Notes under the pieces: model-generated | What the model saw: only the letters and a program-made list of their open reading frames with translations | What the model was told of the DNA's origin: nothing | Databases searched by the model: none | Assembly: GCA_013265495.1 (NCBI GenBank) | Contig: MU058233.1 | Span: 781,038-845,037, forward strand | Direction of reading: 5' to 3' | Origin: Vicugna vicugna | Lineage: Eukaryota | Length of the DNA: 64,000 bases | Made by a program: the position numbers and the translations under genes | Part shown: piece after piece, positions 53,073-64,000 of the stretch | Layout of the letters: each line of letters begins with the position of its first letter | Numbering within the stretch: the stretch's first letter is position 1

Positions 53073-53217
53073 CTTTTTTTTAAAAAAATTTATTTTTTGT
53101 GGAGGGGGAGGTAATTAGGTTTATTTATTTGTTTTTAAAGGAGGTACTGGGGACTGAACCCAGGAACTCATGCATGCTAAGCACGGCTGTACCACTGGGC
53201 TACACCCTGCCTCCCCC
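53073..53217 (-). mobile_element. Vic-1-type SINE
   Basis: Same SINE text. Confidence 0.85.
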
Positions 53218-53220
53218 ACG

Positions 53221-54460
53221 TCAACATCACTACTTGTTAGAGAAACACAAATCAAAACTACAGTGAGATACTGCCTCACACCAGTCAGAATAGCCATCAT
53301 TTTCATGTGCCTGTTGGCCATCTGGATGTCTTTGGAGAGATGTCTGTTTAGGTGTTCTGCCCATTTTTTGATTGGGTTGCTTTTTTTTTTGATATTAAGC
53401 TGTATGAGCTGTTTGCGTAGTTTGGAAATTAGTCCCTTGTCGGTTGCGTTATTTGCAAATATTTTCTCCCATTCTGTAGGCTGTCTTTTTGTTTTGTTGA
53501 TGGTTTCCTTAGCTGTACAAAAGCTTTTGAGCTTAATTAGATCCCATTTATTTATTTTTGCTTTTATTTGTATTACTCTAAGAGCTGGTTCGGAAAAAAA
53601 TATTGCTGTGATATATGTCAAAGAGTGTCCTGCCTATGTTTTCCTCTAGGAGTTTTCTAGTATCTGGTCTTACATTTAGGTCTTTAATCTATTTTGAGTT
53701 TAATTTTGTATACAGTGTTAGAGAATGTTCTAATTTCAGTCTTTCAGAGGAAGCTGTCCAGTTTTCCCAGCACCACTTACTGAAGAGACTGTCTTGTCTG
53801 CATTTTATATTCTTGTCTCCTTTCTTGTTGATTAATTGACCATAAGTGTGTGGGTTTATTTCTGGACTTTCTATCCTTAATTTCTCTCTCTGCTGATTCG
53901 TCGTTAGTGTATAGAAATGCAACCGATTTCTGTATGTTAATTTTGTATCCTGCAACTTTACCAGATTCATTGATGAGCTCTAGTGGTTTTCTGGTTGCTT
54001 CTTTAGGGTTTTCTATGTATAGTATGTCATCTGTAAACAGTGACTTTTTACTTCTTTTCTGATTTGATTCCTTTTATTTTTCTTCTCTGATTGCTGTGGC
54101 GAGAACTTTGAAAGCTGTATTGAATAAAAGTGGTGAGAGTGGGCATCCTTGTCTTGTTCCTGGTCTGAGAGGAAATTTTTTCAGCTCTTCACCATTGAGC
54201 ATGCTGTTAGCTGTGCGTTTGTCATACAGGGCCTTTATTATGTTGAGGTGTGTTCCCTCTAGGCCCACTTTCTGGAGAGGCTTTTTTTAATCATAAATGG
54301 TTGTTGAACTTTATCAAAAGCTTCTTCTGCATCTGTTGAGGTGATCGTTCGATTTTTATTCTTCAGTTTGTCAATGTGGTGTAGCCCACTGATCCATCTG
54401 CAGGTGCTGAAAAGTCCTTGCATCCCTGGGACAAATCCCACTTGATCGTGGTGTACGACC
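53221..54460 (-). mobile_element. Rearranged L1 ORF2 fragment (reverse transcriptase to C-terminal region)
   Basis: ORF track gives [51 protein letters not shown] and [14 protein letters not shown]; internal deletion near 53878 and a short inverted segment at 53221-53300. Confidence 0.9.
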
Positions 54461-54719
54461 TTTGTAATGTATTTAATGTATTGTTGGAGTTGATTTGCTA
54501 GTGTTCTAGTAATTTTTTATTGACATTAAATTATAAGTATTTTCTTACTAATTTTGGAATCTCCTCTGTATCTGTAGTTATGTTGAATTTTTCATTAATA
54601 ATGTTATTAATTCTCTTTTATTCTGGCTCCATGTTGGCGGAAGTTTATTTATTAGCTTTTATAAGGAACGAGATTTTGATTTTGTTGACTTGTCAGTACC
54701 TTCGTTTCTGTTTGGTTAA

Positions 54720-56600
54720 TTAGCTGAAAGCTGGACTTGGCAGAGGCCAGTACTAAGATATGAGAAATTCTTTGGCAGAAAATAGGGATTTAAGGAAATG
54801 TGATTGTTGATATAGATTTATCATGAGTGACTCACTCACTTGGTCTCCCAAATATGACCTCCAGGAGGGACCAGAAGACACTTCTTCTGCTAGGGCCTTG
54901 AGAAATTACCAGGTGAGGGGAGTGCCAGTATCCTAGAAAAATGTGCTTGTAGACCAGCGGTGAAGGTGGCAGCTGAAGTGAGACCCCTGATGTCAAAGGA
55001 GCCTCTAGGATTCTGGGATGGAACGGACTTCTTGGCCAAATTTAGTTCTGAGAGGCAAGGTGGGTATGGTTACTGCTGTGTGCAGGCTTGAGGTCATGGT
55101 GGTGACCAGGACTGCTGGACCTACAGAAACCCTTGGAAGTGGCTAGTTGATCATGTGATCTTAAGACCAGAACAGATGGACAGTTTGTGAAGGTCTTATC
55201 TTTATAATAAAGAAAATATAGATGCTGGATATCCTTTAGGCTAGACCCTGTAATTGGGTCACAAGTACATACTGCAGGACTCAGGAACTGTCAGCAGGCC
55301 GTTCTCCTGTTCTGTCAGGCTGACTGCCCCCGGCTAAGCAGGTACATGTTAGCACAGGTGGACTTAACCTCGAGCACGATCCCACTGTGACACCCTCTTT
55401 GCCTTAGCGTGGGCCACTGGACCTGAAGCACGTGATACACACAAGACGAGACACGCCGTCGCCTTTGCTTTTCCTGCCTCTTCTAGACATTCACGTGAGA
55501 CAGAAAAACCCACAGGCTTTGTGTCCAGAGTGCTGCGTTCAGCCACATTGCCTTTTCCTCGGACTCCCTTGTCCCTGACGTTCTAGTTTCATTCCTTTTG
55601 GGATTCTACCAACCAGCCAAGTCAATTACTTCTGCTAAGAAATTAGTCCACGTCTGTATTACCAGCCACCCGTCCTCTGTAGGCGGCAGAGTTCCAAGTG
55701 TCCTGCTCTTAGCTTTGACCCCTGGGAAGGGTTCCCTTAAACCTGTCCCTTAGGGTCTTCTCCAGATGGGGGGACAACACCCATCAGTGGTCTCTTCCAG
55801 ACGGTGCTGGCACATCTGTGAACCAGGTCCGAGTTATCTCCTCCTCGGCCCGTGGTCACAGGGATGTCCTCGTGAAGCCTGTCAGCTGAGGTGCGTGACA
55901 AGGAAGTCTGGACTCCCTGCTTTTGCATTTTATTGAGGCTCGATGGGCTTTCCCAGGCCTGATCCCAAACAAATCATTTCCCCAATTTGATGAATTGCAG
56001 CAGAAGTGAAACCAACACTCCTCTGGACGGCTGTCACCATCAACAGCCACACGGAGTGACTGGCTCAGTCTCTCATGGAGCACTGTTGTCCGCCGGACTC
56101 TCTCATGGAAAGCCACTCTCTGCCGAACCCAGGGGTCCCTGTGCCTCTAAGGAATCGAAGTAGACCCCACACGGGACCCTGTGTGCCTCGGGTGCTGCTC
56201 ACACAGTCCGAGCTGCGGCATCACAGGCTCCATTTGCAGGACATCCTGCACCAGCCCTGGGCCTGCAGCTTCCCAGGCCCTCCCTGCCACCACTGGTCAG
56301 AGTAGGATTACCACGTGTGTTCCAAACAGCCCTCCATATTCGAAGAGGCCCACCATGTGTTATACCTCTCTGGGGGTGTGTGTGAATTTTAGCTCCTTGC
56401 CCCCTACTTTAGAGGGAGGTCCCAGCATTGCTCAGTTCACTAAACTTCTAAAAGTGTCACTGTGTCAGGTTCCTAAATCTTTGCGGGGTTTACCTCACAC
56501 CTTCTGGGACGTGTGTGTGTTACCAGGGCATCTGGGGCACTTCCCACCTCTTGTGTAACAGTTCTAGACCTGTCCCCCAGAGGGCCCAGACCTCAGGCCC
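54720..56600. mobile_element. Highly decayed ERVL/MLT2-internal-like fragments
   Basis: Recalled similarity only (ggagggaccagaagacac; ttggcagaa..tagggat); no intact ORF. Confidence 0.35.
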
Positions 56601-58139
56601 AGGCCAGCAACTCCGATCACTCGTTGCCTTTTTTGGGGTTAGGCATGCTATTTTGAAACATGTTTAACAAATTTTAATCTATCCATTTTCATTCTTTCTT
56701 CAGAACCACATTTAAAAATGGTTTATTGATAAAATTTGCATACACTAAAACATACCTATTTCAACATAGATATCAAGTCCCATGAGTTTTGGTAAGTGTC
56801 TGTCTGCATAACCACCACTCCTGCCCAGACACAGGGCATTCCCATCAGTCCAAAGCGTCCTCTGTGCTTTGTCCCCGTCAGATCTCATGCCCACTGCTGA
56901 CCCCAACCACCGATGTCTCTTCTAACGCTATAGGTTATTTTTTTCTTTTGTTGAATAAAATGATACATATGAATGAAATGATACAATAAGCAGTCCTTTG
57001 TGTCAGTCTGATGTTTTTGAGATCTGTGGCTGCTGTTGTGGGCATTCAGTAGTTTTTTTTTAATAGAAATATAGTCAGTTACAAAAATTTCTGGTGTACA
57101 GCATAACGTCCCAGTCATGCGTATATAGACATATATTCGTTTTCATTAAGGGTTCTTACAAGATACTGAATACAGTTCCCTGTGAGTAGTTTGCTTTTTA
57201 TTGCTGAGCGGTCATTGTGTGGCTGTACCACCATTTGCCTGTCCATCTACCTGTGAGTGGACATTCAGACCATTTTATATTTTGGGCTGTGAAGAATTAA
57301 GTGTGAGACCACACCACACTCATCAGAAAGGCTGAACATAAAAGACTCCAGTACAAAGTGTTGGCAGTGATGTGCAGAACAGGAATGCTGGTAGGAATAT
57401 AAAGACAACAGGACCGTTTTAGAAAACAGTTTGGTAGTTTCTTAATAAGTTTAACATACCCTGACTATAGGATTCAACAAGTCTCCTTTGGCTCCATAAC
57501 AACTTGTATGCCAGTGTTCCTAAGATCAGTTTCAGAAATGTCTGGTTGGTCTCTGCTTCTGATCCCTGCTGCTGAAACTGTGGATTGGGGGTCAAAAAGC
57601 AAGAAAAAGAGTCAACAAAGAAAAAGAGTCAACAAAAGGAGAACCCCGAAGGGGATATCTTCCTAGTCCTGTGGCAGAGTCTGGGAGCCCCTCTGAACAG
57701 AAGACGCCTGGTTGTCCCTGTGCCACGTCTGGGCCACTGAAGGAATCTGATTTAAAAATGAAGAGCAGGCTGTTTTATTCAGTACATGATGCTGGAACCT
57801 ACAACCAAACATTTTAGACGAAACAGTAACTCTGCACCCCTGTATCACACTAAACAGTATCAGTTCCCAAAGGAATCATTTTATAATTGCAATATAAGGA
57901 ACAATAAAAGCATCATATATAATTATATAAATACTTACTAATGAGAGATGTTTTCAAAGCATGTTGAGGAGATTGACTATAAAGCATAGATTTCACATCA
58001 ATTTAATCAATTTAATGTTATAGGAGATAAAATTATCTTGTCACTTGTCTATAGTTTCATTTTTAACAGTTCAGCCTTTAATCCATTTGACTAATTTATG
58101 ATAAATTGATACAATGAAAGTGCACATTAAAAAAAAACT

Positions 58140-58232
58140 TTTTTTGGATTGGAGGTCATTAGATTTTTATTTATCTTTAAGTACTGGGGATTGAACCCTG
58201 GACCTTGTGCATGCTAGGCACATGCTGTACCA
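58140..58232 (-). mobile_element. Vic-1-type SINE
   Basis: Flanking repeat agtgcacatt on both sides. Confidence 0.8.
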
Positions 58233-59109
58233 CTGAGCTATACTCTACCCCTAAAGAGTGCACATTTACAAAAAAAAGATCTTAATTGAGTGTATTCAGT
58301 TATGCAGAAATATTTCATACCATGTATGCCCTGCTGTGTACCACAGTTCTAGGCAGTGAGGTAAAAGTCCAAATAAGACAGAAAAGGCTTCTGCTTGCAG
58401 GACATTAGGTTCAAATGGGGAGAGAGATAATCATTAAAAAGTTTTCAAGAAGAAATTAGTGCTATGACCAAAAAAAAAGCAATATGACAGCGATTAATTT
58501 CGGGTGTAAGAGAAGCTACAATTGGATGGAGTAGTTTTAAAAGGGCTTTTTGAGAAAAATTTGAGTGGAGAGGGTTGTAGTACAGAGGGTTGTAGGCAGG
58601 GGAAAGCGTCATTGGTGAGGATTATCTAGTATGTTTGAGAAAAAGGAAAAACAGCAACAAAATAATACAGCATAATCCCAGTTAAATGTGTGTAGGTACT
58701 GTTTTTGTACGTGAACATAACTCATACCTCTTTTCCACTGTCTTGTTTTTCTGTGGGTTACCTGAGCATTGTTTACAATTATTTTAATTATGGCAAGTAT
58801 TTTTGAGCCTACCTCTTTGTATAGTTTTTGTGTGTGGTTTCACTAGGTATTACAATACACAAACCTTACATAACACAATCTACATTGACATTTTACCATG
58901 TTGACTGAAGTGCAGAAACCTTACTTCTATTGAAGTCCCTTTACCCTCCTGACTCTTTAATATAACTGAATTGAGGGTCTCCTCTCTGTATACTGAAGTA
59001 CCACATCAGATGGTGTTACAGTTTTTTGTTTCAACCATCAAGTGTGATTTTAAAAACTCATGAGAAAGATAGTCCATTATATTTACCTTTGTTTTCACCC
59101 ATTCCACTG

Positions 59110-59608
59110 TTTTTTAAAAATTATCTCTTATTGACTTTTATAGTCAGTTACAATGTGTCAACTTCTGGGGTACAGCATAATGTCCCAGTCATGCATATAC
59201 ATACATATATTCATTTTTGCATTCTTTTTCATTAAAGGTTATTATGATATTGAATATAGTTTCCCATGCTATACAGAAGAAATTTATTTTTTATCTATTT
59301 TTATATATAGTGGTTAACCTTTGCAAATGTCAAACTCTCAAATTTATCCCTACCCTCCCCCTTTCGCCCAGTAATCATAAGATTGTTTACTGTATCTGCG
59401 AGTCTGTTTCTGTTTTGTGGATGAGTTCATTAGTGTCCTCTTTTTAGATTCCACATATGAGTGATATCATGTGGTATTTTTCTTTCTCTTTCTGGCTTAC
59501 TTCATTTAGAATGATGATCTCCAGGTCCATCCATGTTGCTGCAAATGCCATTATTTTATTCTTTTTTATGGCTGAGTAGTATTCCATTGTATACATATAC
59601 CACAACTT
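59110..59608 (-). mobile_element. L1 3' region (ORF2 end plus 3' UTR)
   Basis: ORF track: WYMYTMEYYSAIKKNKIMAFAATWMDLEIIILNEVSQKEKEKYHMISLICGI. Confidence 0.9.
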
Positions 59609-60145
59609 GCTTTTTTTTTTCTTTTGAAGTTCTGACCCCACTCCTGTTATCATCTCTTTTATAATTGTAGAACTTCCTTTAGCCAGTCTTCAAAGTTAGG
59701 CCTGCTGGTGACAAAATCTGTTTTCCTTCATCTGAAGGCCTTTATTTCCCCTTCATTTCTGAAGAGCATTTTTGCTAGATACAGAATTAAGGGTTTACCG
59801 TATTTTTTTTGGTACTTGAAAAAGGTTGGGCCATCTCCTTCTGGCCTCCATGATTTCAGATGACAAATCCACTGTCATTTAATTGTTTCCCTATGGGGAA
59901 CGCATTGTTTCTCTCTTTGCACTGAATTTCCAGTGAATTTTCTGCAGGAATTAGGCAAGATTATTCCAGAATTTGTCCAGAGAGGCAAACTCTTAAGACA
60001 AACCTAGAAAAATTAGAAGAGTGTAAGGGGATATGGCCTACCATATGATATGTACAGGAATAGACCAACAGATCAGTGGGGCAAAACAGAGGATTCTGAG
60101 ACCCAGATAGAAGGAAATTTAGTATTAGAAGAGTATAGGGTATAT

Positions 60146-60318
60146 TTTATTTTATTTTTTAATTTTAAAAAGATTTTAATCTTATTTTAATTTTAATTTT
60201 TAATCTTATTTTTATCTAACTTTATTTTTTTAAATTTATTTTATGTTTTTAATGGAGGTACTGGGGATTGAACCCAGGACCTCTTGCATGAGCTCTGCTA
60301 CTGATCTATCCCCACCCT
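60146..60318 (-). mobile_element. Vic-1-type SINE with expanded AT tail
   Basis: Flanking repeat tagggt(a/g)tatttta. Confidence 0.8.
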
Positions 60319-60598
60319 CTAGGGTGTATTTTAAAACTTGCTATGTGGATGCCCTTTCTAAATGAGAGAAATTCAGAAGTCAGAAGGGAAAAGACTGATC
60401 AGAAGTCAGAAAGGAAAAGACTGATAGATTTGACTACATAAAATTTCAAAGCACAGCATGCACATGCACACAACACACAATCTCACCACGTACTAAGGGA
60501 AAATACAAGTGATATCTTGTGAGAATATGCTGTATCTGCAAGATAGACATGAAAGTTATAAAATCCCACCAAAGAACTACAGTCATTGCTAAAAACAC

Positions 60599-60697
60599 CA
60601 GTGGGTAGAGCGTGTGCTTAGCATGCACGAGGTCCTGGGTTCAAGCCCCAGCCCCACCACTAAAACAAAAATAAATAAACCTAATTACCACCCACCA
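60599..60697 (+). mobile_element. Vic-1-type SINE, 5'-clipped
   Basis: cagtgggtagagcgtgtgcttagcatgcacgaggtcctgggttcaa...acctaattacc. Confidence 0.85.
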
Positions 60698-61599
60698 AAT
60701 CCCAGGGATCCTAATAGAAAAATAGGCAGAAGATATGAACAGGTATTTCACAGCAGATAAATAACTAGTCAATAAACAGATTTGTTTATTCACACAAAAA
60801 GTGTGAAAAATTAAAACAGGTTATTTTAACTCACCATATGACAAAGTTAAACTTTGATAATATCCACTTGTCATTCATTGAGTCCTCATCTGTGCCAGGC
60901 AATGTGCTGGTTATGCGTGTAATGATACGCAGAGCAGGCCCCAGACTCATAGTGCTTGGCGCCAGCGTACACATAATCACGGATACACAATACATACTTA
61001 CAGACATAATTGCAAATTACTGTAAGTGACAACGAGAGAGCGCAGGATCCAGTGAGAATTTACAACCAAAGAAGCTGTATTCAGAGGACCACACTGGGAT
61101 CAGAGAAGACTCCGACGAAGCTGCTTGAGCTGAAGTACGAAAGATAAAGGAACGCCCTGATCAAGTCGTGCTGTGAAGGCGCCGACGTCTTCAGGAGTGG
61201 AGCACGTTCTCGGGTCCCCTGGGGAAGCAAGGTCGGCTCGGCTAGGGGAAGCAACGCAAGAGCCGGAGGAAGGACGGGGGGTTGGGGGAGGCTGCACGGA
61301 GCATCAGGAACCACGTGAAGGGCTTCTGCCTTCGCGTCAGGCAGTCGCAAGCCGTCACATCACGTCAGGCAGAGGAGTACGTTTGGAACTGCTTTTACGA
61401 ACAGCAGGCCGACCTCTGGATGAAGAGATTTGGAGGAAACAGCAAGACTGCGGCTGAGAAATAAAAGTTCGGACAAGACTCGTAGTTAAGCCTAAACACA
61501 AACACATGCCCCTCTCAACGTGTCCGCAGAAGGATCCATTTCTTCTCTCTTAAACTTGTCTTTTCCTGTGTTTACCATCTGACGGAAATAAAGTGATTG

Positions 61600-63250
61600 A
61601 GGAGGTCTGCAGGGGCAGGGTTGGAGAGCGGGGAGGTGTGCAGGCACGGCCTGCGGCAACCGTCGGCACCCAAGCGCTGCGCCCCGTCCCGCCCATAGGG
61701 CGCCCCCAAAACGAGCCGGGTCCCCAGTCCGCTATTCACCGGGCCAGCGAATTGCTTTCTTCTGTTTTCCTCTCCCAGTGTCTGTCGCGGGCTGTTTTCC
61801 TTTCCTGCGTTTCTTTCCCACAAACTCATAAACTGTCCCTCCACCTGGGCACCTGTCCTGTCTCCATGGACCCCGAGCGGGTGAGGAGCTGGTCCCCACC
61901 CCTCATCTGCGCGCCCGGAACCGAGCCCGCCCCACCCGGAGCCGCGCCCGCCCCGCCCCGCCCGCCCGACCGCTCGCCCGCTCGCCCGCCTGTTCGCTAG
62001 CTCGCTCCAGGCTCTGGGACCCGCGGGTGAGCGGGGCGGCGGCAGTCAGGGCTGGAGGCCCTGGATGGAAGCGCTGGGCCGCAGTCGGTTCTGGGAGTTG
62101 TAGTCCTCTGAGCAGGAAGCCTGGCTTCCTGCTGAGGCCGCGGCGGACCCTGGGAAGTGTAGTTGTCCGAGGCCCGCGTGCTCCGTCTCGTGCTCGCGGG
62201 GCGCCCTGGGAGTTGTAGTGCGTGGGGCGCTTGTGCGGAGGCCGCGGTGTACCCTGGGAAGCAGAGCTATCCGGGGCGCGCGGCCTGGTGGCGGTCAGCT
62301 TCTGAAGCTCGCGAAGGCGCAGTTTGCGGGGCGCTGGCTCGGGGTCCCCGGTCGCTGAGCCGAGAGCCTGGCCCCGCGGACCGAGGTGGGTGAGGGCCCT
62401 TCCTGCCCGAGCCGGCCCCGCCGGGGTGCGGGCCGGGCGGTGGCTCCGTCCCGAGCTCGCGGACCCCGGGCCTGCCGGCCGGCGCGCACAGAAAAGCCCC
62501 GAGCCGTGGCCGGCTGAGGGCGGCGGCGCTGCGCGATGGGCAGCTGCTGGCTGTGACGGCGCCCCGACCGCGTGACGAGGCGGTGGAAGCGGAGCCGGGC
62601 CCGCGCGCTCAGCTCAGTTCTCTCCCCGCCAGCCCTGCGTTCGCTCTCCGGGTCCCCGCGGGCCCTGCCGGAGCCATGGCTCAGGTAAGCTGGCTTGTGC
62701 TCTCCTCAGCGACGCCGTGTTTTCCGGGCCGGGACAAAGGCTCTGTCCCTCGGGACTTCCTGCCCGGCTCCCCCGCCTCCCTCTGCGCTTCAGAGGACGT
62801 GGTTCCCGGGGCGGCGGGCGGCGGGCGGCGGGGCGCTTTCCCCGCCTGTGTTCCTCCTCTTGCCGGTGTCAGAACGCGTCGTGCTTTACTCGGCGTCTCC
62901 CGCCCGCTGTCCCTCATTCGTTATTCGTCGTGTTTTTCCTGAGCCCGTGTCCACACCCGTGTCCGTGGTCGCGTGCGCCCTGGGTCTCCAGATAACCCAT
63001 TGGAAATGCACGTGAGAGCCCCAGCCGCGACTTCTGCTCCGGAAACTCGGTGTGCGGGTCCGCGGTCTGCGTGTTGGCGGCCCTTCCAAGTGATTGTACT
63101 GCGGGCGCGTCCCAGGTCTTGGGGGTCAGAGCTCAACTTGCCGGCGTGACGTTACATTTCCGGAGGAAGGACACCGGTCGTTGTTCTGTTGAGGCCCAGT
63201 GCCCGGCTGGCAGTTGTGCTTCACCGAGGCGGGGGCCCGACGTTCGGATC
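61600..63250 (+). promoter_or_regulatory. ZNF140: CpG-island promoter of the next KRAB-ZNF gene (probably ZNF140)
   Basis: CpG-rich; GC boxes 61945-61970; three SBS motifs at 62089-62104, 62150-62163, 62206-62219; candidate exon-1 donor near 62385-62390. Confidence 0.7.
62676..62684 (+). CDS. ZNF140: First coding exon (MAQ) of the downstream gene; exon 62633-62684
   Basis: ttctctccccgccag| acceptor at 62632/62633; gccATGG Kozak; CAG|gtaagc phase 0; recalled human ZNF140 begins MSQ before KRAB-A. The rest of the gene lies beyond the window. Confidence 0.65.
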
Positions 63251-64000
63251 ACCCACTTCTCTGTCTTGTTGTTTGACATACTTCTCTCCAGATCCAGAGG
63301 CTCTCCAGCTTTTCTGGGAGTCCAGTTTCCACCTTTGTTGCAGATTCCACTGTTTACAGTACGAAACAGCTTCCTTATTAGTCCATCTGTAACAGATGAT
63401 AGACACTTTAATTTTTTTTAAACTGTAAAATAAAAGTCTCCTACCTCTGGGGTTGATGCTAGTTTGCGACTTTTCAAATTTCCTGTTCATGCCTGACACC
63501 AGTGGACCCCGCATGTGGTGCAGAACTAGGCTGCAAACAGGGGCCGGTATTCCCCTCACCCTGAGAGAAGGAGCTTGCGGTTCCATCCTGGGAGGCATTA
63601 TCCTCCCTCCTTGGGAGGTCCTTGTGGTTTACTTTTTCCTCTTGTTCTGTGACATTGCTAAAATTGCCTCTAAGTTTCACAGTCGTTTCTTCAGAAATGC
63701 GGATAAGTGTGGTAAACTCGAGTGTGTTCTCCATTTCCAGGGTGCTGCTGCTATCGGCTACAGCCCTGGTGACCACGGAGACATTCTTGTCAAATCGTGT
63801 TAAAATAGGCTGGTGTATTAAGGAAAATATGTATTCCTAGTAAACATAAGGGAACTGTCACCACCATTCATAAAGTGTTGTAAGGTGGTAAGAATTTTTA
63901 CAGCCAAAGCTGAAGTCCACGTTCACAGTGTAAAATCCTTTGTATCTCAGGACAAATCAGATTTTGTTTTTCCTTTTCTCCAATTATACAATAAAACAAA

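Noticed and set aside
57601..57634. 17-bp tandem duplication aagaaaaagagtcaaca
   Set aside because: Ordinary slippage duplication.
60374..60425. 26-bp tandem duplication
   Set aside because: Ordinary slippage duplication in an old L1 fragment.
62089..62267. CRISPR-like repeat-spacer reading of the spaced 14-bp motifs
   Set aside because: Mammalian promoter, short degenerate repeats matching a known transcription-factor motif, no cas genes.

Overview
Mammalian genomic DNA, most likely camelid (about 15 copies of a Vic-1-type tRNA-derived SINE plus matching lineage L1 3' ends). The window holds part of a tandem KRAB-C2H2 zinc-finger gene cluster. Two complete plus-strand genes can be built exon by exon: ZNF26 (534 aa, 13 fingers) and ZNF84 (740 aa, 19 fingers). 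Also present are the CpG-island promoter and 5' exons of a minus-strand gene at the left edge (ZNF605 by recalled human synteny) and the promoter and first coding exon of a plus-strand gene at the right edge (ZNF140 by recalled synteny and an M-A-Q start exon). All four promoters carry ZNF143/SBS-type motifs in the same orientation relative to transcription. The rest is mostly L1, SINE, LTR/MaLR and DNA-transposon debris. Less ordinary items are a decayed minus-strand zinc-finger exon (fossil KZFP gene) at about 3.0-3.8 kb, a U6/L1 chimeric retrocopy in a ZNF84 intron, a stop-free ZNF84 leader exon resembling a ZNF268-type N-terminal exon, decayed fingers in both 3' UTRs, and a near-perfect 261-bp tandem duplication. 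I did not find a convincing wholly new biological system. Gene and repeat family names rest on recalled sequences, not on database searches, and repeat boundaries are approximate unless a target-site duplication (TSD) is quoted.
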